Shown here piece after piece: positions 1 through 9,731 of a stretch of DNA of 64,000 nt (its first letter is position 1; each line of letters starts with the position of its first letter). Source of the DNA: a virus; IMG/VR virus record IMGVR_UViG_3300043446_000435, positions 1 through 64,000 of that record, one strand, 5' to 3'. The position numbers and the translations under genes are program-made. The notes beneath the pieces are model-generated. The model was given only the letters and a program-made list of their open reading frames with translations. It was not told where the DNA came from and ran no database searches.

Positions 1-87
1 GTTGGTATTGCTAACTTCCTACAAGATCGCATCGACATTCACGAAAAGCATGGTTGGATGTTGCGTTCTTATATTAAAGGCGAGTAA
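1..87 (+). CDS. dps: C-terminal fragment of Dps/ferritin-like DNA protection protein (5' end outside window)
   Basis: Frame 1 reads VGIANFLQDRIDIHEKHGWMLRSYIKGE*; HEKxxWML is the Dps C-terminal motif. Confidence 0.75.
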   Translation, partial: VGIANFLQDRIDIHEKHGWMLRSYIKGE

Positions 88-347
88 TGTCACAAGTTTA
101 TAAACCTCTATCGAATACGATATCTATTGTGGGTAATGGTGGAAACACTGTTTATGGCGCAAAGTTCGTATTCGTTCATAATAGAGGTAATCAATATGAG
201 ATTATCAATTTTAGACACGCTAATAATGTGTTGATTGGTAATCTTCCTATTGAACACGGAACTTATCTTGTCGTTCGAAAAGATCCTGATGATAAAGTCA
301 GCGGAAACAATCTTATTGCAACTTCGATAGCAATGCCTAACGGATAA
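87..347 (+). CDS. hypothetical protein
   Basis: ORF coupled to upstream stop (TAATG). Confidence 0.6.
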   Translation: MSQVYKPLSNTISIVGNGGNTVYGAKFVFVHNRGNQYEIINFRHANNVLIGNLPIEHGTYLVVRKDPDDKVSGNNLIATSIAMPNG

Positions 348-362
348 AGAAAGGTAAAGGAA

Positions 363-1091
363 ATGTCAATTGATCCAAAAAAGTTTGGTCTCAGCGATTC
401 GCTCGTCGGAGCTGTTAATGAAGCTCTGAAAGGCAAACAAGTAAAACTCGACAAGAATCATAACGGCAAGCTAGATGCGCAAGATTTCAAGATGCTGCGT
501 AAAGAAGATGCGAAGCCAGACTATCTGGATTTCGACAAGGATGGTAATAAGAAAGAGTCGATGAAGAAAGCCATCAAAGACAAGAAGATGAAAAGCGAAG
601 GTACTAAGGAACAGGAAGATGCTGTTGACGAACAGACTCCTGGCGATTATGATAAGGCTAACTTCAAGCATAAGATGATGAAAGAAGCAGCTCCAGCCGC
701 ATCGGGCGTAGCTGATCAGATGGCTGCTAAGAAAGACGCACTCAAGACACAGATTCAGCGCAAGATTGCACAGAAGCAGATGGACGTCATGAAGTCTAAG
801 GCCAATAAGCGTCTTAGCAGCATGAAAGAAGGAACTAAGTGCAGCTGCGGTGATACCAACGAATCTAAGATGAAGTGCGAAATGCACGGTGGTAAAGATA
901 AAGAAACAAAAGGCGGCCGCGAAGCTATCGTGATGAATCCACCACTGAAGGAAGCATCAAATCTTCCTAAGAAAGTTGTTTCTAAGGGACATGAAATTGC
1001 AAAGTCGCTTATCAAACATAAGTCGAAAGTTCGTGAGCCATATGCTGTAGGTATGGCAGCAGCTAAGAAATCGGCTGGCATCAAAGACTAA
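363..1091 (+). CDS. Lys/Glu-rich protein with EF-hand-like loops, possible internal head protein
   Basis: DKNHNGKLDAQD and DFDKDGNKKE loops; AAGGA RBS. Confidence 0.55.
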   Translation: MSIDPKKFGLSDSLVGAVNEALKGKQVKLDKNHNGKLDAQDFKMLRKEDAKPDYLDFDKDGNKKESMKKAIKDKKMKSEGTKEQEDAVDEQTPGDYDKANFKHKMMKEAAPAASGVADQMAAKKDALKTQIQRKIAQKQMDVMKSKANKRLSSMKEGTKCSCGDTNESKMKCEMHGGKDKETKGGREAIVMNPPLKEASNLPKKVVSKGHEIAKSLIKHKSKVREPYAVGMAAAKKSAGIKD

Positions 1092-1122
1092 ATAGCATAA
1101 CTTAAGAAAGGAGTGCAGGATT

Positions 1123-1455
1123 ATGGCACAATGGACAATGACAGATAACGCTAACGGAGCGCCAAGCTGGGCTAATACTACGCTCAACGTTCCAAAGAAT
1201 AAGGACGAGCTTTACGCTAACGTCACTATCGGTGCTGCTCGCGCAAACATCGCATACGGAACGTTTGGTGTTTCGACTTCAGAAATGGCATTTGCCAATA
1301 CATCTGAAGCTCGCAAGGTGACACACGCTGGTTGGACTCTTCGCACAGAAGGTCAGGGTGGTCGCGCTGGTCGTGTATTTTACGAAACTCTTGTTGCTGC
1401 TTCGTCAATTTCTGGCGACGGAAGCAATAAGGATGATTCTAAGCTTCCAGAATAA
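1123..1455 (+). CDS. putative virion structural protein
   Basis: AAGGAG RBS; HAGW..R...GRAGRV.YETLVA segment typical of T4-like structural hypotheticals. Confidence 0.5.
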   Translation: MAQWTMTDNANGAPSWANTTLNVPKNKDELYANVTIGAARANIAYGTFGVSTSEMAFANTSEARKVTHAGWTLRTEGQGGRAGRVFYETLVAASSISGDGSNKDDSKLPE

Positions 1456-1473
1456 CAGATTCGGAGTCGCTAG

Positions 1474-1854
1474 ATGGCTGATAAAAAGGTAACACAGCTT
1501 GCATCATTGACGACCACAGCGGCTCCTGATCTGCTGATGATCGTTGATGATCCAAACGGAACACCAGTATCGAAGAGTATTACTATCAAAAATCTTTTCG
1601 GTGCTGTTCCAGCTAATACAGTATTCAGTGCAAACGTAACTGTAAGCGGTAATCGCGCACAGTTCGCTTCAAACGTAAATATCACTAAAACTCTTACTGC
1701 AAATACAGTAAAGATTACATTTGGATCAACTCCTGGTTCAAACAATGCAACTGTTGTTGGAATGCAAGTAGGTGAAATGCGTTTCACAAACAATTATTTG
1801 TATATCGCAGTGAATGCAACAACAATCAAGAGGGTGGCTTTAAGCGTATTCTGA
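1474..1854 (+). CDS. putative virion/fibre protein
   Basis: MADKKVTQL N-terminus, beta-rich, GEMRFTNNYLYIA end. Confidence 0.45.
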   Translation: MADKKVTQLASLTTTAAPDLLMIVDDPNGTPVSKSITIKNLFGAVPANTVFSANVTVSGNRAQFASNVNITKTLTANTVKITFGSTPGSNNATVVGMQVGEMRFTNNYLYIAVNATTIKRVALSVF

Positions 1855-1855
1855 T

Positions 1856-2293
1856 ATGGATATCATTGACTTTCTTATTGATAATGGTGCCGACGAGAAT
1901 TCACATACTGGGAGAAATCTCATGGATCATCTCGTTGGCACAGCAGAATTACTTATGGGATGGGAGTGTGATAAAGACGTTGTTCTAGCTGGATTGTGTC
2001 ATTCAATCTACGGAACAGATTCTTATCATACTGTTACAGTTGATCCGTCGAAGCGTGAAGAAGTTCGTTCTTTGATTGGCGAAAAAGCAGAAGAGCTTGC
2101 ATGGCAATTTGGTAATCGTAAGAATCCTCGCATGCGCTCTTTCATTGAAAACGATGAAACAGAATTGGTTGTCATTGAGTGCGCGAATTTAATAGAGCAG
2201 AAAGTTGAACCAGCTTACTTAACTGCTGCTCTTGTTGCTAATCTACCGCAAACAGTTCGCGAAAGCGTAAAACAATATCTGGAAAGATACTAA
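1856..2293 (+). CDS. DUF6817-like HD-type protein
   Basis: HTGRNLMDHLVGT and AGLCHSIYGT motifs. Confidence 0.6.
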   Translation: MDIIDFLIDNGADENSHTGRNLMDHLVGTAELLMGWECDKDVVLAGLCHSIYGTDSYHTVTVDPSKREEVRSLIGEKAEELAWQFGNRKNPRMRSFIENDETELVVIECANLIEQKVEPAYLTAALVANLPQTVRESVKQYLERY

Positions 2294-2625
2294 TGTCAAT
2301 CGAAACTGCGTCACTCGTTACTGCTAAAGTTGCTTCTGCCACGGGCGGATTAGCTGGAGGCTTGACTATGTTTGCCTTCATGAAACCCAAAACAATTTTA
2401 GATGCTGTCATTCGTGGTGGCGTCTGCACTGGTTCTGCAATTATATTTGCTCCTATTATTTGCGAATATCTCGGCGCGACATTAGCAACAGATCATCTTC
2501 TTGCAGCAGGTGCTTCTATCGGATTCTTAGCATGGGGCGTGTTGTCTATGACAGCGCGCTTTTTCATTAAAGCAGATGCAGCAAACAAAGATATTGTAGA
2601 GGCTGCACAAGAACTAAAAAAGTGA
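2293..2625 (+). CDS. small membrane protein, holin-like
   Basis: Three hydrophobic segments, charged C-terminus, near spanins. Confidence 0.45.
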   Translation: MSIETASLVTAKVASATGGLAGGLTMFAFMKPKTILDAVIRGGVCTGSAIIFAPIICEYLGATLATDHLLAAGASIGFLAWGVLSMTARFFIKADAANKDIVEAAQELKK

Positions 2626-2626
2626 G

Positions 2627-3016
2627 ATGAAAGGTAAATTGGACGATTCGAATTTCTTTCTTTATGCTGCACATCATTATCTAAATCCATGTGTAGATCA
2701 ACAAGAGTTTCTTGATGATTTGGCTAGAATCAAAAATCTTCGCAGACTCTTTGGGCGTTATGAGAAACACGGTGAGCTTAAGGAAAGATTGATACTAAAT
2801 CATTTGATGGTTCTATACAATGTGTTTGAGCATAAAGCTCTCACGCGAATGTTAGTGTTCAAGTTGTATGACTATCTACATATACTGAAACCGTTTCTGA
2901 TGTTGCTAAACTATCTGCCAGAAGTTGTAGATAACATTGGACCAGATTCTGAAAATGTAAGAACCACTGATATTGTTATGGATATGCGGATTGTTGACGT
3001 TCTAAGGAAAATCTAA
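2627..3016 (+). CDS. conserved T4-like phage hypothetical protein
   Basis: ERLILNHL..LYNVF motif. Confidence 0.65.
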   Translation: MKGKLDDSNFFLYAAHHYLNPCVDQQEFLDDLARIKNLRRLFGRYEKHGELKERLILNHLMVLYNVFEHKALTRMLVFKLYDYLHILKPFLMLLNYLPEVVDNIGPDSENVRTTDIVMDMRIVDVLRKI

Positions 3017-3843
3017 TGCTCAACGAAGTATCTCCAGAACTTGTAGGTAAAGTCAACAAGGCTCGTTTGCTCAAGCCTGCTAAGAGCGCAGCTGCGCGTA
3101 AGACGCTCGACAAAGCAGTAAAGAAGGCTTGGCTTAAGAGTAAGGTCGGAACTATCAAAGAAGCAGTAAAAGCTGCTGGTAGACACGACAAGGGTCCGTT
3201 TGCTATTGCAACTAAAACTCGCGGTGGTGGTCTAAGAAGAGTTCCAGATACTCGTTTCGATACATGGGATAGCGCCAACAAGTATGGTCTGCAATACCAT
3301 ACAGATCGTTATGGCGCACAGATGTTCACAGTTATCCAGCATCCAGACGCAAAGAAAAGAATTCATGAGGATCTTGGTGGTGGACCAGGCGGACCAACAA
3401 CCGGCGGAATCGCAAATGTAGCGGGTGATGCTACAAGCACTGCAAATGTTCACTGGAGTAAGCGTCAACCAAACATCGGACCAAAGGGACCTAAAAAGAA
3501 ATACGGTCAGCCAATGATGTTCAAAGCAATCGTGCGCCGTATGACAGGAGAACAAACAGTATTTTATAAAGCACTTGGAAAGCGCGTCAAAGCAGTAAGT
3601 CGCACAAGTGCAATGGGAGGTGGTAGTGATGGATCAGGTGGAAACGGAAGCGAAAGTGTTCAACGCGAACACGCAAATGGAACTGCTACGTCAAATAGTG
3701 GATTCAAAGAACACATCGTCAAAGCCGATGGAGGTTATAGACTCGTCTCCAAAAAGACAGGAAAAAATCTCGGAACGTATCCTACGAGGGCGGGCGCAGA
3801 AAGAAGAGAACGCCAAGTCCAATACTTCAAACACAAGGGGTAA
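3016..3843 (+). CDS. basic Gly-rich hypothetical protein
   Basis: 275-aa ORF coupled to upstream stop. Confidence 0.6.
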   Translation: MLNEVSPELVGKVNKARLLKPAKSAAARKTLDKAVKKAWLKSKVGTIKEAVKAAGRHDKGPFAIATKTRGGGLRRVPDTRFDTWDSANKYGLQYHTDRYGAQMFTVIQHPDAKKRIHEDLGGGPGGPTTGGIANVAGDATSTANVHWSKRQPNIGPKGPKKKYGQPMMFKAIVRRMTGEQTVFYKALGKRVKAVSRTSAMGGGSDGSGGNGSESVQREHANGTATSNSGFKEHIVKADGGYRLVSKKTGKNLGTYPTRAGAERRERQVQYFKHKG

Positions 3844-3847
3844 GAAA

Positions 3848-4315
3848 ATGGGATTGGGTATTAAGATAGCGATTGCCGCCATTTTGTTTTCTGTTATTTC
3901 CGGTGGATATTTCTACATCGAAGCCCTTCAGGGTAAGCTAGAAGCAGCCAAAGAAGTTCAGATCCGTATGGAAGGTGTGATCACTCAGCAGAAGATGGTC
4001 ATGGAACAGCAACAGGCTGACATGAAAAAGATGCAGACCATCAACGCAGAGATCGCTGAAAAGGCACAGCAGGCTCAGAATGATGTTAACGCACTAAGTC
4101 GTAAGTTCCAGCAGCGCGATCTTGCTATGATGGCTGCTAAGAAACCAACAGAAGTCGAGACTCGTGCTAATCGCGGAACAAAGGACGCTCTGCGTTGCAA
4201 CGAGATCGTAACAGGTTCGCCTCTAACTCCAGACGAATTGAATGGTAAAGTGCGTAACAACATTTGCCAGGATGTAATTAGTTCAAAGATTCCTAAGAAG
4301 GAGGCTGCGAAGTGA
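3848..4315 (+). CDS. inner-membrane spanin (Rz-like)
   Basis: N-terminal TM helix plus coiled coil; overlaps downstream lipoprotein gene. Confidence 0.7.
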   Translation: MGLGIKIAIAAILFSVISGGYFYIEALQGKLEAAKEVQIRMEGVITQQKMVMEQQQADMKKMQTINAEIAEKAQQAQNDVNALSRKFQQRDLAMMAAKKPTEVETRANRGTKDALRCNEIVTGSPLTPDELNGKVRNNICQDVISSKIPKKEAAK

Positions 4316-4674
4316 AGAAAGTTTTTATTGCTTCATGCTGCGCTTTGCTCTTGACAGCTTGCACAGAAACGACTAAAGTATTAGATAAACCAGTTCTTGT
4401 TGAAAGGGCTGAGCTTATCGTTCCTCCAGTCCAACCAGTCATGCAAGCCGACATGAATTGGACTGTTATCACCCCAGAGAACTACGCGGCAAAGGCTGAA
4501 GAGCTTTCTACCAAAGGTAACGTAGTTCTGTTCGCTCTAACTCCACAGGGCTATCAGAATCTTAGTATGAACGTGGCTGAACTGCGTAAGTATATTCAGC
4601 AGCAGAATGCTGTGATCGCAGCCTATCAGGAATACTACAAGAACGAACAAAAACCTACACCGGAGAGTAAATAA
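4312..4674 (+). CDS. outer-membrane spanin lipoprotein (Rz1-like)
   Basis: Lipobox LLLTAC, Pro-rich stretch, follows i-spanin. Confidence 0.7.
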   Translation: MKKVFIASCCALLLTACTETTKVLDKPVLVERAELIVPPVQPVMQADMNWTVITPENYAAKAEELSTKGNVVLFALTPQGYQNLSMNVAELRKYIQQQNAVIAAYQEYYKNEQKPTPESK

Positions 4675-4677
4675 GTC

Positions 4678-4706
4678 TTGACAACGTTCCTTGAGCTTAT
4701 TATAAT
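4678..4706 (+). promoter_or_regulatory. sigma70-type promoter
   Basis: TTGACA-17nt-TATAAT upstream of primase. Confidence 0.8.
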
Positions 4707-4712
4707 GAATCT

Positions 4713-5720
4713 ATGTCTATTGTCATTGACCATAAGTATGCACAAATGATCTCGCACAAACTTCTGCTGTTCAAGCGGAAGTCTGAGCGAGTTTATAATT
4801 TCCGCTGTCCTTTCTGTGGCGACTCACAGAAGAACAAATTGAAGGCGAGAGGCTACCTGTTTGAGAAATCAGGTGGACTCATTTACAAGTGTCATAATTG
4901 CGATGTCGGTACTAATCTTGGTAAACTTGTTGAGCTCGTTGATCCTGGTCTGGCCAAAGCGTACCGACTAGAATCTTACAAAGATCGCGTAACAGCCAAC
5001 ACTGAAGTCGATACGTTCGTCATTCCTAAGACAGTGACGGAACGTCCGCCTATTATTCTAGATGAGATGCTTCCGCGTCTCGATCAACTTCCTTCACATC
5101 ATCGCGCAGTAGAATATGCAAAAGCACGTAACATTCCAAAAGAACGTTGGAATGATCTCTACTATGCGCGCGACTTCAAGCAGCTTGAAACGCTGAATCC
5201 AGCCTACGAGGGGCGTCTGGCATCAGACGAACGGCTCGTGATTCCGTTTCGTCGCGAGGATGGGTTACTCACTGGCGTTACAGGTCGCGCTATGGGTAAC
5301 TCATCCTTGCGTTACGTTACAATCAGAATTACTGATGATCCTTTGATCTACGGACTCGATCGTGTGGCTAGAGGGAAAACTATATACGTCGTGGAGGGTC
5401 CTATCGACAGTATGTTCCTTGATAACGCTATCGCAGCGGGAGGAACAGACTTTCAGCGTGCGCTCTATAATCTAACGGGAGAGAACGTCGTGCTTGTGTT
5501 CGATAATCAACCCCGTAACAAACAAGTTGTTAAGCGAGTAGAATCATTTGTTCAACGTGGATATACTATGGTTGTGTGGAATGCTAACTGGAATTACAAA
5601 GACATCAATGACGCTATTTTGTCAGGACTTAGTAGTTCACAGATTGAGCATATACTAAATAAATCCACGTTTAAGGGACTCGCTCTTAAGCTGGCAATCC
5701 GAGATTGGAAAAAGTGTTGA
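4713..5720 (+). CDS. gp61: DNA primase (T4 gp61-like)
   Basis: RCPFCGDS..CHNC Zn finger; TOPRIM VVEGPIDSMF, FDN, KDIND. Confidence 0.95.
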   Translation: MSIVIDHKYAQMISHKLLLFKRKSERVYNFRCPFCGDSQKNKLKARGYLFEKSGGLIYKCHNCDVGTNLGKLVELVDPGLAKAYRLESYKDRVTANTEVDTFVIPKTVTERPPIILDEMLPRLDQLPSHHRAVEYAKARNIPKERWNDLYYARDFKQLETLNPAYEGRLASDERLVIPFRREDGLLTGVTGRAMGNSSLRYVTIRITDDPLIYGLDRVARGKTIYVVEGPIDSMFLDNAIAAGGTDFQRALYNLTGENVVLVFDNQPRNKQVVKRVESFVQRGYTMVVWNANWNYKDINDAILSGLSSSQIEHILNKSTFKGLALKLAIRDWKKC

Positions 5721-5782
5721 CACAGGCGCAATGTCTGTGACAGGTATTATTTTGTCCGAAGATAAGAAGAAACGGAGTTACA

Positions 5783-7690
5783 ATGTCAAATTCTCTACCG
5801 ACCCTCTACCAACAGTTCATTCATCTTTCACGTTATTCAAGATTTTTATGGGATCAGGGTCGTAGAGAAAGTTGGCAAGAAACTATCGGACGTTTCTTCG
5901 ACTTCTTCGAAGGACATCTGAAGGAACAGCACAACTACGATATCAAGGAGTATCGTAAGGAACTCGAAGAGGCAGTTCTGTCGCAGAAAGTCATGCCTTC
6001 TATGCGTTGCGTTATGACTGCTGGTGAAGCACTCAAGCGCGAAAATGTCGCGGCTTATAATTGCTCATATGTTGCTGTCAATAGCCCACGTTCGTTTGAT
6101 GAAATTCTATACATCCTTATGAATGGAACCGGCGTAGGTTTCTCGGTAGAATCAAAAGACGTAGAACAGCTTCCAGTTATCGCAGAAGATTTCCATCCCT
6201 CAGACACAACTATCATGGTCGCCGACTCTAAGCTCGGTTGGGCTAAAGCTCTCAAAGAACTTATCCATCTCCTTTACTCCGGTCAGATTCCTCGCTGGGA
6301 TCTCAGCAAGATCCGTCCAGCAGGCGCACCACTTAAGACGTTTGGTGGACGTGCATCTGGTCCAGAACCGCTAGAAGCTCTTTTCAAGTTCTGCGTCGAT
6401 ACTTTCAAGAAAGCCGCTGGTCGTCGTCTAAACACATTGGAGTGTCATGACATTGTATGTAAGATCGCAGATATCGTAGTCGTTGGTGGCGTTCGTCGCT
6501 CTGCTCTTATCTCGCTTTCTGATCTGAACGATGATCGTATGCGCACAGCTAAGTCTGGTCAGTGGTGGCTTGACGAATCGCAGCGCGCACTTGCTAACAA
6601 CTCAGCGATCTATAAAGAAAAGCCTGATATGGGTCTGTTCATGGAAGAGTGGAAATCACTCTATGAATCAAAGTCTGGCGAACGTGGTATTTTCAATCGC
6701 GCGAGCGCGAAGGCTACTGTAGCAAAGCATGGTCGTCGTGATCCTAACTACGATTTCGGAACTAATCCATGTTCAGAAATTATTCTACGCGACAAAGAGT
6801 TCTGTAATCTATCAGAAGTTGTTGTTCGCGAAACAGACACGATGGAAACTCTGAAGGAAAAAGTCTACTGGGCTACTATCCTTGGAACATGGCAGTCAAC
6901 TCTGACTAACTTTAAGTATCTGTCGTCATCATGGAAAAAGAATTGCGAAGAAGAACGTCTACTTGGCGTTTCAATGACAGGAATTATGGATAATGACCTT
7001 ACAAACGGAAAAACTCCAGGGCTCGCAGACAGACTCGAACAACTGCGTAGAATCGCAGTTGAAACAAATAAGAAGTTCGCCAAGGATATGGGGATCCCAC
7101 AGTCTGCTGCTGTCACTTGTGTTAAGCCCTCTGGTACTGTTAGCCAGCTTACTGATGCTGCTTCTGGTATTCATGCACGCCACAATCCATACTATATTAG
7201 AACTGTTCGCGCGGATAAGAAAGACCCACTCGCACAACTCATGATCGACGCTGGTGTTCCAGTCGAAGATTGCGTGATGCGTCCGAATAATGTCTATGTG
7301 TTCTCGTTCCCAATGAAAGCTCCAGAGAACGCAGTGTTCCGTCAGGATATGTCTGCTATCGAACAGCTCGAACTCTGGGTCACTTATCAGGATCACTGGT
7401 GTGAACACAAACCATCGGTCACTATCTCCGTCAAGGAACACGAGTGGCTCGACGTTGGTGCATGGGTCTATAATCACTTCGACAAGATGTCTGGTGTTTC
7501 GTTCCTTCCATTCTCTGAGCATGTTTACAAACAAGCTCCTTACCAGGATTGCTCGAAGGAAGAATACGAAGCATTCGCAGCTAAGATGCCTAAATTCATT
7601 GACTGGAATAAGCTGAAAGACTACGAAAAGACGGACACGACAACCGGAGCACAAGAACTTGCTTGTGTCGCTGGTGGATGCGAGATCTAA
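5783..7690 (+). CDS. nrdJ: class II adenosylcobalamin-dependent ribonucleotide reductase
   Basis: YNCSY, VVVGGVRRSA, GTNPCSEI, CNLSE, TCVKPSGTVS, C-terminal CVAGGCEI. Confidence 0.92.
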   Translation: MSNSLPTLYQQFIHLSRYSRFLWDQGRRESWQETIGRFFDFFEGHLKEQHNYDIKEYRKELEEAVLSQKVMPSMRCVMTAGEALKRENVAAYNCSYVAVNSPRSFDEILYILMNGTGVGFSVESKDVEQLPVIAEDFHPSDTTIMVADSKLGWAKALKELIHLLYSGQIPRWDLSKIRPAGAPLKTFGGRASGPEPLEALFKFCVDTFKKAAGRRLNTLECHDIVCKIADIVVVGGVRRSALISLSDLNDDRMRTAKSGQWWLDESQRALANNSAIYKEKPDMGLFMEEWKSLYESKSGERGIFNRASAKATVAKHGRRDPNYDFGTNPCSEIILRDKEFCNLSEVVVRETDTMETLKEKVYWATILGTWQSTLTNFKYLSSSWKKNCEEERLLGVSMTGIMDNDLTNGKTPGLADRLEQLRRIAVETNKKFAKDMGIPQSAAVTCVKPSGTVSQLTDAASGIHARHNPYYIRTVRADKKDPLAQLMIDAGVPVEDCVMRPNNVYVFSFPMKAPENAVFRQDMSAIEQLELWVTYQDHWCEHKPSVTISVKEHEWLDVGAWVYNHFDKMSGVSFLPFSEHVYKQAPYQDCSKEEYEAFAAKMPKFIDWNKLKDYEKTDTTTGAQELACVAGGCEI

Positions 7691-7693
7691 GCG

Positions 7694-7852
7694 ATGCCAG
7701 ACAAAGAACTAACCTGCCCCTGTGGGGAACATGATTATGTTGTTTGCTATGAGCGTCGTGGTAAAAAAGAAGCTCCTTCATTCTGTCCCTTCTGTGGGGC
7801 AGACGGAGCTTCCGAAGGTATAGAACTTGAGGAAGATGAGGATGATGAATGA
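7694..7852 (+). CDS. small zinc-ribbon protein with acidic tail (not in ORF track)
   Basis: MPDKELTCPCG...FCPFCG...EEDEDDE*, 52 aa. Confidence 0.65.
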   Translation: MPDKELTCPCGEHDYVVCYERRGKKEAPSFCPFCGADGASEGIELEEDEDDE

Positions 7853-8039
7853 TTCACTGACTAGCATCAATGAGCGTTACAATCTAATACTCGACAAGAT
7901 TGATGCTATTCGTGCTAATATCCATTTGATCACAGCAGAAGAACTTGAGTTCGCTATGAAAGAAATGGAAAAGTATGAAAACATTCTGAAACAACTTGAA
8001 GATCTGTATCCTGAGGAGGTTTCAGGTCGCCCTATATAA
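7842..8039 (+). CDS. hypothetical coiled-coil protein
   Basis: ORF in operon. Confidence 0.45.
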   Translation: MMNDSLTSINERYNLILDKIDAIRANIHLITAEELEFAMKEMEKYENILKQLEDLYPEEVSGRPI

Positions 8040-8042
8040 AGT

Positions 8043-8504
8043 ATGGCGAGTTATGAAAATCCTTGGACATTCGACGGAAAAGAGTTTGAGAGTGAAGATA
8101 TCGGCGACTCCTACGGCTTTGTATATGTCATCACGACACCGGAAGGCCAGAAGTATATTGGACGTAAATACTTCTGGTCTATCCGTAAAGCCCGTGGAAA
8201 GAGTCGCCGCCAGCGATCCGAATCCGACTGGAAAACATACTATGGATCCAGTGAGCTACTCAAAGCTAAGATCAAAGATTCTGACAAATCCCTCTTCAGG
8301 CGAGAAATAATTTCTTTACACAGCACCAAAGGTCGTGTAAACTATGAAGAAGTGAAAGAGCAATTCGCTCATGGCGTTCTAGAGAACGACAATTACATCA
8401 ACGACAATATCAATGGGAAGTGGCATCGTGGACCAGAACACATCAGAAGTAAATCAAGATTCTCTACCCTCGCATCTAGGCGGGCATCTCAACAAGACGC
8501 ATAA
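8043..8504 (+). CDS. GIY-YIG nuclease family protein
   Basis: GFVYVIT..GQKYIGRK and WKTYYGSS. Confidence 0.75.
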   Translation: MASYENPWTFDGKEFESEDIGDSYGFVYVITTPEGQKYIGRKYFWSIRKARGKSRRQRSESDWKTYYGSSELLKAKIKDSDKSLFRREIISLHSTKGRVNYEEVKEQFAHGVLENDNYINDNINGKWHRGPEHIRSKSRFSTLASRRASQQDA

Positions 8505-9021
8505 TGATAGAGGGACCTTGACATTTCTTGTCAATGAGTATAATATAAAGTCATTCCTTGATATCGGATGCGGTCCAGGCGGAATGGTCCAACTGGCTAA
8601 GTGGCGTGGGCTTGATGCGATGGGAATCGACGGCGACTGGGAAGTTCGTAAGGAACAAGATGCGAAAGTTCTTATTCACGACTACACAACTGGTCCTGCG
8701 CCGCTTGAACAGGCTTCACTTCGCACAGAGTTTGATCTTGGTTGGTCTGTAGAGTTTCTTGAACACGTCGAAGAAAAGTATCTAGAAAACTATATGCAGG
8801 ACTTCGCTCGTTGTAAGTATGTTGTTTGCACTGCTGCTGGTCCTGGTGCTCCAGGTCATCATCATGTGAACTGTCAGCCAGAATCATATTGGCACGAAGT
8901 GTTTAATAAGTATGGTTTCGATTATGATGATGAAGTGACACAACGTATCCGCACACAAGAATCAACTATGCAAAAGCCGTTCATGCAACGCACAGGTATG
9001 TTCTTTAAGAGGAGACACTAA
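8413..9021 (+). CDS. class I SAM-dependent methyltransferase (start uncertain)
   Basis: FLDIGCGPG, FDL..SVEFLEHV, HHVNCQ. Confidence 0.8.
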   Translation: MGSGIVDQNTSEVNQDSLPSHLGGHLNKTHNDRGTLTFLVNEYNIKSFLDIGCGPGGMVQLAKWRGLDAMGIDGDWEVRKEQDAKVLIHDYTTGPAPLEQASLRTEFDLGWSVEFLEHVEEKYLENYMQDFARCKYVVCTAAGPGAPGHHHVNCQPESYWHEVFNKYGFDYDDEVTQRIRTQESTMQKPFMQRTGMFFKRRH

Positions 9022-9731
9022 TGCAAACAGAACTAGATCGTTATTTCTCAACAGCAGAAGCTCAGGCATACGACGAAGGTCTGCGTAGTTTCATGTTGCA
9101 GGTCTATAACTATATGACGGTCGCACTCGCACTCAGCGGCGCAACTGCTCTTGGTGTTTATATGGTTCCTGCCATCAGCGCAGCTATCTGGGGAACAGGG
9201 CTCAAGTGGGTTGTTGTGTTCCTGCCGCTAGTTCTTTCACTTGGATTTGCTTTCCTATTTGACAAGATGAGTTTGCAGCAGACTAAGATTGCGCTGCTTG
9301 TGTTTGCTGTCGCGATGGGCTTGTCGCTCTCGTCAATCTTCCTGATCTACAAGATGGGTAGTATCGCGCAGGTATTCTTTATTTCTGCGGCTACGTTTGG
9401 TGGCGCATCGCTCTATGGCTACACTACCAAAAAGGACTTGACAACCTTCGGTTCATTCCTTATGATGGGTGCTATTGGGCTTGTAATCGCTGGACTTGTG
9501 AACCTGTTTCTACAGAGTTCTATTCTTGCCTTTGCGATTAGCTGTATAGCAGTTCTTGTCTTTACTGGTCTGACAGCTTACGACACGCAGAATCTAAAAA
9601 CTACATACGACTACACTTCTGGTGAAGAACGCGAAAAGGCTGGTGTCTATGGTGCGCTTCAGCTTTATCTCGACTTCATCAATATCTTTGTGAGCTTGCT
9701 CCAACTTCTCGGAGACAAAAAGAATGATTGA
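9021..9731 (+). CDS. Bax inhibitor-1/YccA family membrane protein
   Basis: 7 TM; AYDTQ and ALQLYLDFINIF motifs. Confidence 0.9.
   Translation: MQTELDRYFSTAEAQAYDEGLRSFMLQVYNYMTVALALSGATALGVYMVPAISAAIWGTGLKWVVVFLPLVLSLGFAFLFDKMSLQQTKIALLVFAVAMGLSLSSIFLIYKMGSIAQVFFISAATFGGASLYGYTTKKDLTTFGSFLMMGAIGLVIAGLVNLFLQSSILAFAISCIAVLVFTGLTAYDTQNLKTTYDYTSGEEREKAGVYGALQLYLDFINIFVSLLQLLGDKKND

Noticed and set aside
5783-8504. Intron or intein in nrdJ linked to the GIY-YIG gene
   Set aside because: nrdJ is uninterrupted and of normal length; the nuclease is free-standing.
8413-9021. Methyltransferase as the DNA C5-MTase partner of the TET enzyme
   Set aside because: It lacks the PC, ENV and QxRxR motifs and sits in a glycan operon.
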